The notes beneath the pieces were generated by a model that worked only from the letters and a program-made list of their open reading frames with translations, was not told the DNA's origin and did no database searches. From Octopus vulgaris (taxonomy: Eukaryota), in NCBI GenBank assembly GCA_951406725.2, contig OX597814.1:58466001-58530000 (forward strand): a DNA stretch of 64,000 bases, written 5' to 3'. Shown one piece after another: positions 41,717 to 57,460 of the stretch. Position 1 is the first letter of the stretch. Each line of letters begins with the position of its first letter. A program made the position numbers and the translations under genes.

Positions 41717-42645
41717 GTGTGTGTGTGTGTATGCATACATCCGTATATACATACATATATATTTTCCTTTTATATATTAAGGTGTGGTACGAACAGGTCT
41801 TCTGTTCCTATTTCAAGCTGGTAAATTGACCAGCTAAAGGTTCCTCTATTGGCCCAGAATATTTTTTCATGTCCTTGTTCCTTGAACCTCCTCGGCCATG
41901 CTCACATAGGCGTGTTATTAATGAAACGCCGTTCTCTTTCATTTAGACATATCACACATCACATTTTATAACCCAACGTATCTGTTTTCTTTCTTAGACT
42001 TAGGACCGATTGAAGCGAAATTTGTCTTTTATTTCTAAGAATTTTGTTGAATGAAGCAAAATTTTCTCATACACATATTTTAAAAATTAGTTGGCAGAAC
42101 AATATTTTATAGAATAAGTGATTAATATTATCACAGTAATACGAGAATTTTCCCTCCAAAGACTAATGCATTATTGGTTAGGTATAATAAAGGCAGAGGG
42201 TGAATAAATAAATGGTCTTAAGCTATATGTGTTTAAGTACATACATTAAAATCTAATCAAGGCATAATACGGAATGATAAAAATGCAAAAAGAAGTAAAT
42301 AAACAAATAAAAAATATCTAAATAAAAGACACAGGTACAATAAACATTGTAAGGAAACATGTATACATGCACTCGAAACACACATACACACAAATATAGA
42401 TACAATCGCATGCATAGATAAGGATACACGCCACAGAATGTACTATATAAAACAGGAGGACACTCGTGTGTTGGAAAATCGTTGAAGATGTTACAGGATG
42501 TGCAAATAAATGAATCTAAAATAAAAATAATAATAAACCTGAAGTGAAAACCAAGTATATAGTGCGCGTGGTGGTTAAATGGCATAAAATATGACCGTCC
42601 CCAAATATTGAAATATGTGTGTATGTGCGTGCGTTAGTGTGTGCG

Positions 42646-42688
<43 letters not shown>

Positions 42689-42713
42689 TTACGCATATGC
42701 ATGTATCGGTATC

Positions 42714-42758
<45 letters not shown>

Positions 42759-45700
42759 TCATCCATATAGATCCTTTGTACATATGTAAATTGCTGTACA
42801 GATGAAGCCACGGGCAGGTTAAAGGCAACATGAAGTTGCTGTACCGTAAACAACTTCTGTGTGTTTATCCCTGGACAAGCTGTGACCATCCGTTCCTTTT
42901 GTACAGAATACTTTTCCTCTTTGTGAAGTCGTTAGAACATTATGCAATTCATTTATCTTTTGCCTGATATTTAAAAAAAACGCGCTTCTGCGTGAGATTT
43001 CTCTTTGACTTCACAAACAAAATAATTTAACCAATCCGTTATTTGTTTAAATCCTACTTGGCACATACCATTAACCAATTAAAAACGATATAACTTTTTC
43101 TGTTAAATGATATTTTTAACCACACTGTGATAATTTCTTTACTCTTAATTAGGTCATTATGCGTACTATGCCGTATCACCTAATCGAAGACGTTTGGCTT
43201 TGATAATGAAGCATATTGTTCATAACTGTAAATTAAATTATAATTTAAGTTAATTAGTGTTTTAAGCTTTTGTTTTTCAGAATATGGATCATATCCTGTG
43301 CAATAATTTATGCACCATTTGACACTTTATGCACCGTTATCTACAACATATCACAAATCAATAATAATTACAAAATGTACTATGCACGGAGTACAAGACA
43401 AATTTAATCATGTGTAGTTAGACCTATGATATATTTATGCTATGTTAAGCATCGGTTTATATCAGATTTTAATTAAATTTTCCTGCAGACACACAAATAC
43501 GCGCATGTACTGGTTCAGAAAAATACAGTTAGGTCAATTTGATTGCTGCCGGTAACATATACCCCAGCACAACCCAAATGTGATCTGGTTGTGGTTAACT
43601 AAGGGACTAAAACGGCATGGAAACTGATTAGACAACTGAGGAGTGTTGCCAAAAGACCAGCCCGATAAATGCAAGGTCTATCGAAAGGACATATACACCC
43701 AACATAAGATCAACTTTAATCTAGGAATAGTGTACGGATACATAAAAATACTCTAGATGTTGAACAAACGTGTTGGAAGGGCCATGGAAAGTAATGGAGT
43801 AAAAACTGAGTATATAAATTGTTTAACAATGGAAATGTGATTGGTTTAGTAAATGTTATATTTTATTATATATAACAATATATTATATATTTGTATTAGT
43901 TTAATCTTCTGATCGCTTTAAAATATATTTATATTTTATTTTTGATTATAAATAATTGATATTATAGAAGTAGGTCTTGGGAATATATTATTCGTATGCG
44001 TTAGCCAGTGTAACTAATTTCATGACAATTGACGATTTGAATTTATGTTAGTTTGATGGAACAAGTTTAACAAATTGAAAATATGCGATAATAATCTGGT
44101 AGAAGGGCGGTCTCACACCAAAAGGTAGTATTTGGTGGGTGGAATGTGAGGGGGTTACCTTAGAACACCATTGGTCGAAAGTGGATGTTGTCATAGATCA
44201 AACTAGCAAAATTTAGTTTCAAATACATGTCTATGTATCCATCTATGTATCACTCTACCTAACAGTCATACCCCACCATATATACATGGCTGTGAGATTA
44301 AAAAATGGTAATTTTCTAATGGTGAGGTCGTTTGGGCAATGCTGGTGGTATATTCTCCGCATTCTGAAAATGATGTATCGCTCGCGGCGGCGCTACAGGG
44401 AATTGAGTTTCAATGCTTTAAGGCGGTGCCAATAATCGAGATCAAACATGCCCTTAATTATTTTAATGAATTCCTTCTGGGGTGGTTCATATATAGGTAA
44501 TAATATATACACATATATTTGACAAAATTATATATATTTATATTACTCTATATGCTAATGTATATTTATGTGCATATGTGTATTTAGCGCGTATTTATAT
44601 GCCCAAACACACAAAGGCACACAAATACATTTCTATATACATACAAACATGCATACATATATACATACATATATTCATACACACACATACATACATACAT
44701 ACATACATTCATACATACATACATTCATTCATATGTACATGGATACATACATGCATACATACATATACAAACGTATATTTGACTGTTGAATAACTACTAT
44801 GTCGATAATATCGTTACAGATGAATATGTATGTAATGGTAAACATTTAAATTGCGATAATCAATAGAAGAAAAGCCCAGACATAAATAGTAAACTGAACT
44901 AGAAAACCGAGTTATATGTGTGTGACAAAAACCGCTATTGTTCTTAGCTGATATTACATGAGTTTTATACTAAGCTCTAAAAAAATCTCTCTGTGTTTGC
45001 TTACGATGCTGATTTCAACACATTTGCAGAAAGATTTATCACTTTCCGTAGAAGTATCATAATCCACTTGATGGGGAATAAATCTGAGCAGCTTAACTAG
45101 TAACTCCAGATATTAAGAACAAATACAAGTTTTCTTGAGTTATAAATATGATATTCAGGAAATAACGATTGCAATGCCATCACTTCAGATTCTCATTTTA
45201 GTTTATCCCAGTTTCATATCTTTATTCTTGAATGAAGACGTAAGCGTTGCCGAAAAATTAAGAAGTCTGCTTCACAATCATGCGTCTTCGAGCTCTGTTT
45301 CACAGTATAGTTAGTATATTAAAAAAAGTTCCTTTCACCGTAACCTTAGTTCAACGTGAGCCTTAAAAATGAACATGGATACATGCAATTACTTCTGAAA
45401 CCCAACGAACAGCGTGTACTTAAAATTCAAGCATCCAACCTTGTCACACACTATCTCCAGATGATTTCCTCTCATAGCTACGTTAAGGTGAATGCAGTAT
45501 ATATTGACTAGCTCATGGCCTTCTCCGTTTATATCCCATCTAGGACAGGTGCAGCTGAAACCGATAGAAACCCCTTTACATTGTATAATTTTTAAATACC
45601 ATAGTGTCTCACTTTATATCTCACAACTACGATTGTACATAAGAAATCAATATTAATTCTAGAGAAAATGTCATTTAAGTTAAACAATCATGTTTAACTT

Positions 45701-47831
45701 AAAATGTCATTTAAGTTAAACAATCAACGTTCATGAAAAGCCATTCAGTTTCAGACATTAAACATGTGAGGTACATATAACTAGCAATATAATGGATTCA
45801 GTTAATTCTTTTATATTCAGTCTTTGTTGGAAGTGTTCTTTGTGAAACTACTCAAGCATTCATCCATCCCCTTAAAAATTTTGATTTCTCAAGGAATTTT
45901 GCCACGTCAGTTGCCAGACCGTAAGTTGGTATAGAGATATATTTTGAGGTTTAGTTTTTGGGACATCTTTCATTGAAATGGCACTTTTTTTTGTTGTTAA
46001 TTTCATGCGTTTGCTTAATGGGGTGAACGTAATGAAAAAATGGATGGAAATGCGTGAAAGGAACACTATAAAAGCTTGGAAATTCAACCTGTTTATACTT
46101 AAAAACCTCTTAGATACGCATCTATGAATCAACATGGACGGGAACTATATATGACTCGAGAAGTAATATCAATAAAACCCTAAAATCTTTCACAATACAT
46201 TGAAGTGAGGTAGGGAAATTAAAATTCCAAGATATGTTATAAAATTAATTTCATAGTTATTTAGAATACGCTTATAGAGATTTCGTGAACAATAAAATCC
46301 ATGGACGTCTTAAGGAGCGTCATGATTTATCATAAAACTACTTGTGCCACTTTAATTTGTCTTTATACTTCTCATGAAAATATACAAATACTAAAACAAT
46401 TGCAAAAAGGTATCTTAAAATGATATCAATAAAACTGTTATACATAACCTTCAATACTCTTGTATTAAAATAAATTCATTTTCTGCGAGTAGTTTCATCA
46501 GTTCTAGATTGTAAGCACTTTTCATTTCCTTACTCGGCATGCATTTTGTGGAACTTCAGCACAAACCACGTCTTCTTCTTTAACAAAATCAATTTTATTG
46601 GGAGAACGTTTTACATTAACTTACATGAATATCATGTAAGTTTCCAGTAGGTTCCAGTAGGATTTAGCATGCAGATGTATATATTTAATTGTGCTTATCT
46701 CCAATGTATAATTCCATTTATATCCTATGAATTACTACAAATTCTTTTACCATCCACGTTAGTAAAGAATAATTCACAGATAGCACTCCGAGTAATTCAA
46801 CCGTAAATATAAAATGTCTGGAGTTAGTTACTTCAGGAACAAATGATACCTTTAATATATTTTGTGCAAGTAAATGAGGAGTATCTAAGATCATTGAGAA
46901 TTTATGAAAGTGATTTTTGTGAAAACTGCAACTTGGGGGTAAGCTCCGGAACTTTTGATCGAACTTTCAACTTGAGCTGCAGTCTCGTTTTTTGAATAAA
47001 AACACAAGGCAAAATTCTGTGGTTCATTAAAGTGGAATTATTCCTTATGAGCGTATTAAATCAGCTCTTGAATCCATTTGCAGATGACACCTAGGCAAAT
47101 CACTAAGCATACTTTGCATACTTTTGTTATGCAATAAAGAAATATTGATCTTCATAGTAAAATTAGACGATATTTATTCGTCTATATTGTACAGGAGAAT
47201 GAGAAGGATCACTTGCACATACACAGAGACATAGACATGCGCGCGAACATATATTGTAAAGTTCTACTATACATGTTTCACTACCCGAACTGCCATTTGT
47301 CCAACAGATATCAAAGCAAGTTAAATATAAACTCAAGCACCCTAATCTGTTTCACATGCTAACGGCGTTTTCAGTACGACTATTTAGATACAAGTATTAA
47401 ACCTTCGACTCCATTTTACTTTCCTGCAATTTTAGAGTATTCCAAATGGTAGTTCTTAAATCAAATCAAAGTAATTCCATATATTTCTTTTGTGCAGGTT
47501 CACTGCTCTAGGAATAGCATGGTATTTAAATATCACTAATTTTGTTCAACATTATCATACATTAAATTAGATTATTTTATAATATCCTCTGCTTATATTT
47601 ACATTGAGAGTGGTATTTCATATGAATACAGTTCAGCTAATGATATCTTATATTCCTTAGATACTGAATGCTTTTATATATCTGCATACTGCATTATGAA
47701 CTATAGGCTCGAACAGCATATTCCAAGTTCTATACAAAACAAAGGCTCATAGGCACATTTAAACATATATATTAGTTTAAATCCATATACACACAGATAT
47801 ACATGGATATGTGTGTGTGTGAGTGAATGTA

Positions 47832-47960
47832 TGTGGTTAGGAAGTTCAGCTCACGATCCTGGGGTCATGAGTTCAACTCCTCGAACGGACGGCCTGTTTG
47901 CCCTTAGCACTTCATTTCTCGTTGCTGTAGTCTACACAGTTGTTAATATCTACTAGCGAT
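47832..47960 (+). mobile_element. Degenerate tRNA-derived SINE head
   Basis: A-box-like tgtggttagga and B-box-like gagttcaactcc, followed by cccttagcacttcatttc. Confidence 0.5.
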
Positions 47961-48539
47961 TACATATGCGACTAGAATCGGATGAGAAATCATGATACAA
48001 TCCATTTTTATTCACAACTGTTGCTCTCAAGTCTTTATACAAGCGTCTGCGTATATGTATGTATGTATATATACGTATAGAAATGCACGCTCAGTAAAAT
48101 CGTTTCGACAACTGTTAGTTAAATTTTGGATGTGTACTACTTTTTATTAAAACTGATATATCGCATACTCATCATTCATTTGTGCTTTTACCGTGTATTT
48201 TATCAAGGACACCCGGGAAATTATTACCTGTCTATCCCATCAGATAGAATCATTCAGTGTCAATGCATTCGTCTCGCGATCAAGCATAACCATAGACACC
48301 CTTGGTGATACTTTTACAAATATTTTTACTTCATTTTGCATTTTCTAAAGGTTGAATGGAACTTTATTGCTCATCAAAGTGAGTTTAATAGGGCTGTGTC
48401 GCTTCTAACACTTCAAAAAACACACGTATGGAAACGATATTCGTAATTCCTACAAAATTACATGACAACGTGTCTTTGCGAACGTTTGCAAGTCTAACAT
48501 CGTCCGATGGTTAATATGCTTTTATATATGTACCAAGGT

Positions 48540-48590
<51 letters not shown>

Positions 48591-49374
48591 TTCAATCTGA
48601 AATTTTACGATGATCAGTCTTTCTCTGCTCAACCAAGATTTCAGATATTGTGCATTTAGGAATAAATTGCCCTTTAGGTCCAGTGTCGGGACTACAGTGT
48701 GGGAGTTCTCTATTTTCTTGTGGCATTTTCAAGTATCTACATTTAACTTTTCATGTGTAGTATCAATACATTTTTAAGGAACTCCAGAGAAGGGACCTTT
48801 GTTATATTTGTGTCAAGAATGCAGGGACCAATATGGTGCCTGTTGTATAGCCTACCGAAACAATAACTTTAGGCGATTAACTGTTGATCGTATGTTTTGT
48901 AAGAGATTTCATAATCGCGTACTCTATTAAATATCTTGACATGATCTCAACATAGAATTTAGAATTATTGCTACATGAACAGTAGCTAGATTGCCGAATC
49001 ACTATGTGGTCACACATCACCGGTTTCACACATATATTGAGGTCAAATTGTTTTTCAATCACTGCCAAATTAAAACGTCATGGCTATGATTAATTAGATG
49101 ACTATAGAGCTAGAGTACGATAGGCTTCAAATTTGTTCCCTATCGTACTCTACTGCACTGATTCTGTTCGAAATGAGTAATAAAATATGACGGTATTTTA
49201 CTGAGATAATTTTCTTTTACATTTTGGCATAGCTACAACTTAGCCTAACCTGCAATACTTTAATGAGTTTTAGAAGGGTGATGTGTTGGCTGGTTCCGGA
49301 TTATTTAAAGTTTCCATATCCTTTGGGTGCGTTAAATTTTTTTACAGGAAATATCGCTTTCAAAACAACAAACG

Positions 49375-49580
49375 TTGGTGAATTGATAGAATCAGTAGAG
49401 CGTCTGAAAAATGCTATGTAATATAAGGTTACGACACTTAATGATCCGTGTTAGTATTCTGCGTTGGTGAACGTTGACTTTGATCCGCCGGAGGTCGAAT
49501 AGATAAAGTATCAGTCATCTATGTTACTCGTCTAACACCCTACACTAAAAATTGTTGGCCTTTATCTAAATCAGAAAGGA
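49375..49580 (+). mobile_element. Degenerate SINE family A
   Basis: ggtgaattgatagaatcagtagagcgtc..aaatgct..gaggtcgaatagataaagtatcagt..aaattgttggcctt..agaaagga. Confidence 0.55.
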
Positions 49581-50263
49581 GTTTTAAGACCACAAATATT
49601 ATCTTCTCTTACATATTTCTAAAACACACGCTACAAAATATATAATTATCAAAATATATTCACGGAAAAATAGAAAATATACCAGTAAAAGTATATAAAA
49701 TCAAAATTATAATAAACAAGATAAATTTATACATTATTTAAATGCTACGTGCAGGATTGTAGTCTGTAAATTAGACACAGACACTTATAAATATGTGTGT
49801 ATATGTGTGCGTTGGTATAAAGTAAGAGATAAAGGAAGATGGAGAGGAAGAAGAGATAGAGTCTTATGATAGCTATTTTCGAAAGAAAACATTCACACAT
49901 CTATTTGAAACAATAAAAGTTAATTTATATCAAGAGAACAATCTTTCCTCGGGAATCAATAACATCGTGACTCTTAATTCAAAGTGAATATTAAATGAAG
50001 CGTAAACATATTATTTTTATTGAATAGAAAGAGACTGCATGAATGTGTTGATATAAAAATCAATGTCGTTTACTGAGTCGAAGCACATTTAATGGACTGA
50101 TCTTATCTATGATATTAATCTCTTATTTAGCGCGGATTGTTACAAACTGTTCCGATAGTGTTACGCTAAGTTCGTGTATCAAAATTTGAGTTCAACTCCC
50201 ACCAACGAAAATATCTCTTTTATGAATTCTGCAGTTCCTAAACACACCCTGATACATTCACAC

Positions 50264-50393
<130 letters not shown>

Positions 50394-50547
50394 CATGGAT
50401 GTATGAATATATGAATAAGTGTGTAAATACGTTGCATGCATATACATTCACAAATATAATCGAAAGTCTGTTGCCTGAAAGCGGCAGATTTGAAGAAGTG
50501 TTAGTGACCGTCAGACAAAAGTGCCTTCTGTTATTTAGTTAGGACAC

Positions 50548-50900
50548 ATTAGAATCGTTTGACCAAATACCACCGAGGACAAATTTGTCTTTCATTTGTC
50601 TGGTGTAGATAAAATAATATGCTAGTAAAATATTATGTCAATCTGTTATCGACTGTACTCCACCTGACAAATTTTGTCCCGGATGCTTATAGTTGTAGTC
50701 ATTATGATTTGTTTCTTGTTATGTCCGCGCTGCAAATTGGAAATCAGTCGTTAGAGCGTCTTGCGATAGAGCACCTTGAATTATTTGCCCGATTCATTTC
50801 CGTGCCGCGGTCGAATTTGATTTTCCTCCTTCTGGGTTCAATGACATAACCTACCAGGGAAATTGTGGTGGTGATTTAATTGACTAACCCTACACGACAA
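50548..50900 (+). mobile_element. Two degenerate SINE family A fragments
   Basis: agaatcgtt..caaataccaccgaggacaaatttgtctttcat (50550-50600) and gtcgttagagcgtc..ccgcggtcgaatttgattttcctccttctggg (50747-50836). Confidence 0.5.
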
Positions 50901-50942
<42 letters not shown>

Positions 50943-51898
50943 AACAGGTCTAAGACTCTACTATTTATCTTCACATTCTGCATTGGTGGTAATAACGTGG
51001 GTTAATCCAATTGTCATATCGACGCGCTGTTATAACATTAGTCAAAAATCTAACACATAGAAATATGACGTTGCAAATAGCTGAAAACGCACACAATCAA
51101 CTAACCAAGCAATCGAAAAAGATAATTGACAAAAGGAATATTGAGCTAGATAAAAACAAACATAACTTTAAATTAGTCCAGTAATTCTGAAAAATATACA
51201 CGACAATAGCACACGGTTACTTTAAGATACATCTCACATATATTGGTATATATGTGTGTATGTGTGTGTGTCTGTCTGTGTATTATATCACATCACATCC
51301 TATCATATCTAAATCGCAATATAAGACAAAAGGGTTGAATACACCGTCTTTTATCAAATATCTGCCGAGTTAGAGCTGACATGTAGCGACACAACAGCAC
51401 TGAAATACATGATATTCTTCCGACGATAGGGTACAAATCGAATGAGAGTAGCCTTTTACTTCTAGCAAATCAGCCGACAGAATAAAACTTGTCTCGTTGG
51501 CTTCATTTGTCCATAATTACTCACAGAAATTGGATTATGCAGAAGATAGAAACATCATAAAATGTATATATCGATCGCTACAGATTTTCTTTTTCGTTAT
51601 ACCAGTTACCTACATTATATATTTAGAAATAATATATAATAAAGGTATCTCTTGAAATACTATGTTGTTGGTGTTCCACAAGCCATTGTCATAATGCATT
51701 TAGAACTGACATTTTTTGTCATAAGTAAATTGCTTTTAGCGATCATTCAAACAAAAATACTTCTGCTCACATGTTCATTGCTCACAATACGTGATAGTAC
51801 AACAATGCCGAAAACGATCGCTATGAATAGAATGAGTTCAGTATCTATTCTGATGCATAATCCCTGCATACACGATAAATATATGAACATACATGCAT

Positions 51899-51957
<59 letters not shown>

Positions 51958-52288
51958 TAATCATATGTATGTACTTTAAAAAGCGGGGGAGGTTCCGTCG
52001 GTCTTCTGGATGAGTATTCAAAAATTTGACTCAAATCATACACCTGCCATTAACGGGTTTGTTTCACTGACAGGTGCATCCCTAAAAATGTGATCCTCAA
52101 CGCGATATTGATTTTGGTAATGAGACAAGACCTTAACTTTTTACATTATGGGTATAAACAGGAAAGAAAAATAGAGAGATAGATTCAAGCAAAGAGACAC
52201 ATAGAAGGAAAAAGACTGTTAAAAGGATGCAAGCAGAGAGAAGGAAAGATAAGAGTTTAAGAAAAATCTATAAGCAAAAACGAACTTC

Positions 52289-52341
<53 letters not shown>

Positions 52342-52443
52342 CATACAAAGACATACATAAATACATACACGCATATTCACATACAACCATACATACCTAT
52401 ACATAAACATTCACATATCTGCATATATATATATATAAATATT

Positions 52444-52482
<39 letters not shown>

Positions 52483-52563
52483 CACTGCTGTGATTTTTGC
52501 TACTAAGGTATCGGTTAAACTTTTGATTAATCTACTACAAGATTATTCATCTTTCTATTTCAC

Positions 52564-52608
<45 letters not shown>

Positions 52609-52615
52609 TATGTGC

Positions 52616-52651
<36 letters not shown>

Positions 52652-53820
52652 AAATCTATGAGAATTTCATTTCACTTCATACATAATTATAGAGTTTTAT
52701 TCGACGACATCAAAGAGTAAATTGGGAAATCATGTCTATTTTCCCGCGAAAAAGCTGAGCAGATCAGATTTGATTATTCTCAAACGGTGTACCTTGTTCA
52801 GGAAAGTGTGAAATGATAGTAATAAAGTTTGATAATTTATAATGAATCATCTCACTCTTTTTTGCTTTTGCTTACTAAACATCATCTGCATAAATTCCTT
52901 GTGAAATGCCATGCTGGTGATGTTTAGAGATCATTGCTCTTTTTCTGTCACATGTATAGTAGATGTTCCTTAAAGATGACCATTTTTTTTTTGCTTTATA
53001 TATTCATCATTAGAAACTTGAACCTGTCTTTCATAGAGATTAAGGATATTTGCCGCAAATGTTAGCTGAACTCTTTCTCAAGTCTCCAAAGTGATGACTT
53101 GAGAGTTTATCGATCTAGAAACGGAATTATGAGCTATATAAAAATCAGTAAAATCCAGAAATTTCAGTATCTTTTTCATGACCAACAAAACCACAAAGAG
53201 AGAAAGTGATAGAGAGATAGATAAATATATATATAGAGAGAGAAAGAGTGAGAGAGAGAAAGAGTGAGAGAGAGAAAGAGTGAGAGAGAGAAATAGTGAG
53301 AGAGAGAGAGAGAGAGAGAGAGTGACGGACATGTACTTACACACATCAAGAGTCTGAAGAAAAAGAAACAGCATATATTTCAATTTAGTAATTGCACAAT
53401 TTTTACTTGACTTGTAAGTTATTGATGAATAAGTTACTGTGCTAAAGCGATCTATGCTCCGTGTCTTTTCACTTCTTTTTGGAAGCAGCATAAAGTGATG
53501 GATTAACGGCCTTGTTATTCATTCCAGTGCCAAATTCAAATTATCGTGCGCGAAAACAGCATGTTAGCCATGTACATACTTATTTGACATTCACTACAGA
53601 TTACAAATCGTAATCCTTCTACATTGTGTCAACAGGTGGAAGAACGAAACTTGCTGATTTCCTTGATAAGTGATATCTGATAAGTTACGGAAGGATTGAC
53701 ACGCTAGCACCGATTTTCAGGCGGTGGTGGGAGAGACAAATAATTGCTTGTCATGAACTTTTTTGAGAGGTGCAACACGAAAGAATCTTTTTGGCTATCT
53801 GTTGCTTTGTTTCCGAAATA

Positions 53821-54520
53821 TTCTTTACGTTTTTCAGTCATTAGACCACGGCCATTCTGGGGCACCTCCTTGAAGAATATTTAGTCGAATGAATCGACCA
53901 CAGTAGATATCTTTTTCGTAACCCTGTTACTTATTCTATCGTTCTCTTTTGCCGTACCACTTATTTACAGGGGCGTAAACACACCGGAACCGATTGCCAC
54001 TTTAGGGGCAAACACAGACACTAAGAAACACACAAACATAGACATACATATTTATACATATATACGAAGGTTTTGGTCGGCCAGAGGCGAAAGTAGGAGA
54101 CATTTACAGAAGGTGCCACGCAGTGGACTGAACTCGGAACCATGTGGACAGACAGCAAGCTTCTCACCACACAACGACTGGGTCACTTCCTTAAATAGTT
54201 TTTAGCCGAATGACTCAACCACAATACTTTTTTGATAGGTCCCTTTCATCAAACATCCAAGTTATGGGGACATAGACACACTAACACTGTTTCTCAAGCG
54301 GTGGTGGGAGTGACAAACACACACACAGACGCACACATACACACACATATATCTATGTATATACGACGGTCTTCTTTAGGTTTCCCTCTACGAAATCAAC
54401 TCACAAGTCTTTGGTCGCCCGAAGCTATAGCACAAATCACCTGCCCAAGACGCCACCCAGTGGAACTGAACTCCGAACCATGTGATTGGGAAGTAAGCTT
54501 CTTTCCAGAGAGTCATGCCT
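53821..54520 (-). mobile_element. Two tandem SINE family C copies (53821-54177 and ~54195-54520)
   Basis: The minus strand shows tRNA-like heads (gtgtggtgagaagcttgc..catggttccgagttcagtccactg), an internal (TG)-rich linker, and in the first copy the tail ccccagaatggccgtggtctaatgactgaaaa. Confidence 0.8.
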
Positions 54521-54884
54521 GTAATTCATAATTATAATTTAACTCTATTAAACCAAAATAGCCATTCAGGATGCAAAGAGCCGCAGCACTTCAAAATACA
54601 AAAGTGTCTTTTAATGTATGTACTACTTTATAAATAAAGCCTTATTTATACATGCTAACTTTTTAGAGTCCTAACGGTTCTCTTATGATAGGTATAATAA
54701 GGATAACTCGAATTTCAAAGTTTCTAGATAGCCAAACTCCCAATTTAACCAGTTCTAAAGAATGAAAAGTGACATTAATCTCGAATCGCCAGAAGATATC
54801 TTGCAAGAACATTTTTGTTCGACTTTGTTACGATTCTGCCATTTTGTCACATTCTGACATTTCACCAGATAAAATTTAAATATT

Positions 54885-55092
54885 GGTCTCAAACTTTGGC
54901 ACAGGGCTAGCTATTTCTAGAGATAGTCGATTTCTCTGAACCCAGTGCTTAACGTATACTTATTTTATCGAGCTTGCAAGGGTCAAAAGCAAAGTCGAAC
55001 ACGGCGTAATTTAAACTCATTTCGTAAGAAGAGATGAAATGCTACTTAGCATTTTACTTGGCGTTCTAACTATCAGCCAGATCGTTGCTTTA
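54885..55092 (-). mobile_element. Degenerate SINE family A
   Basis: tttggcacagggctagc..gatagtcgattt..cccagtgctt..tacttattttatcga..gcaaagtcgaacacggcgtaattt..gaaatgctacttagcatttt. Confidence 0.7.
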
Positions 55093-57304
55093 GGGAAGTA
55101 ATTTAAATATTGACAATAGATAACAAAAAATCAGCAAAAATATTTTACTCTCCCCAAATTAACATATATTCTGAATCTTCCATTAGGCTAGTACATATTC
55201 CACAGTTCGGTCGTCCACAGATTTTAACTCTTGCTTCCGTTATTTTTCACTATAGTTTTGCCTTTGTGAATATTCACGTAATGGTAATAATTGTTTCTTG
55301 CTTCTAATAATTTTATGGGTGCGTAGAATTTCATATATATATAAATGTGTGTATATATATTCTTTCGAAAGAATATATATATACTTTCGAAATCGTTTAT
55401 ATGAAGAACTACGAAAGGTGCGTTTATTTTGTGATCCGAACAATATTTTCACCATCACTCAATGGACACGGCTGAAAAGTCAGTGCATGATATTTGAGAG
55501 AGAATATTATTTTATGTAGAATTTTAGTTGCTTCCCTGCCACATAAAACTGAATTAATATGCCGTTTTATCTATCAATTGATCTATATGTATAAAAACAA
55601 AAACATGCTTCGGTTATTTGCAGGCTCTCGAGAGACCTAGGTGAAATATGGGGATTGTATGGAGATTACTTATGCAATTATTAAAATGGTTGCAATTAAT
55701 GATGCTCTGTTTTGCAATTCGATGTTGACTTAAGTATAAGAAAATATGTTAAAGAATATTTTTGAAGCAGATAAAGAAACAAATAACAAACAACATGGAA
55801 AAAGAAAGATATAACACCATATAAAAAAAATAGTGTAAAATATGAAAAAAACGAAAGGAAAATGTATTCCACAAACTAATAAGATGAAAAACAGTAGGAA
55901 GAAAAGATTAAAACTGAAAAGAATAAAATAAGAACACTATCAATAAATTGTAATGGAAAATAGTCTGAAAGGGGAAAATTACGACGAAGGCGCTACAATG
56001 GAAAATAAAAGTACATGGCAAAAAATATCAACAAATGATATGGCTGATATATCTGTTACGAGTGATATTGAGTGAATCGAAATATCAAGGGAGATAATTG
56101 CAATATAATGGATGAATAATAGCGGTTTGCTTTGTTCGTATTTATGTTTGCGTGCTACATGAGTGGTGAATGACGAAAGCAACAAATAGATGTAGCAGAT
56201 AGACGGGGTAAAAGTTATTAAACTAGAAAATAAGATAAATATATGTGGCTTCTGCAGTTTTAAGAGCATAACATTTTGAGAAAGGAAAACAGATAAGCAA
56301 TAGAATAGAATACAGTAAGAAACAATGGTAAGCAAACGTTGATAATATTCTTATACTCAGTTGATAATATTCTTATACTCAGTTCCATTGTTACTCTTCT
56401 CGTAATGACAATAGCAAAAGAAACGAATACGACTAAAATCAAAATAAAAGCAACGATAAACAATTATGATTTTTTATACGCGATAGTTGTTTATGTTTAT
56501 AGCAAGGACGATTATGATGATGAGTATTGTAATGGAGACGTTGAACAAGATGATCATATTGACGACGACGTCGACAGCAAAGACGACAATGATACTCCGA
56601 CAAGACGATGACAACAAAGATAATGCTAAAAAGAAGAAAAGAACAATGAGGGGTAGAAGGAGACAGAAGCAGCGGAGAACTTTGTTAATGATAAATGGGA
56701 TTTCGGATCGAGTCGGTTACTGTGTATTTGCTTTGTGGTCTCCAGGGTTGTATTTTAGCTTCGATATTAGACTTCAGTTCAAGAGGAATCTTTTTGTCGT
56801 AGTTGAAACAATGGTCCCCAGGAGAGGAGCTGGCAGTGTTGGTTTTCTAAAAATTTGTACGACTACGATACAATACACGCCCACAGACGTGCGTCTGCGC
56901 GAATGCAGACACCTGCGACTTTGTTTTCACGGCTGCTGCATTTGATGATGATGACGACGATTATGATAACGATAATGTTGACGGTAACCGATGACAATAT
57001 AACAACAACGATGATAATTATAATGATGATGGTAGTGGTGGCAGTGGTGGTGGTAGTAATAGTCGTGGTGGTAAGTATATATTCACGCAAGTGCAGGCAC
57101 GTGATCCCCTACAAACACATTCATATACAGGGAATTATATATATATTAATTCATTTGATTATGTTGATGACATTGACAATGATACGTATTACGCCAACAA
57201 TGTGCTTATATAAAAAAAAACACTCATATACAAATACATACATGCACACATACATGCATGCATGCATGCGTATATCTATGTATGCATTCCTACACGTGCA
57301 CATG

Positions 57305-57460
57305 CATTCATACATACATACATACATTCATACATACATACATACATACATACATTCATACATACATACATACATACATACATACATACGTACATACATA
57401 CATACATACATACATACATACATACATACATACATACATACATACATACATACATACATA
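57305..57460. repeat. (TACA)n microsatellite
   Basis: Directly visible. Confidence 0.95.

Noticed and set aside
43262-43330. Acceptor-like tttgtttttcAG followed by ATG as an extra exon
   Set aside because: There is no convincing donor or coding signal, and such sites are common in AT-rich introns.
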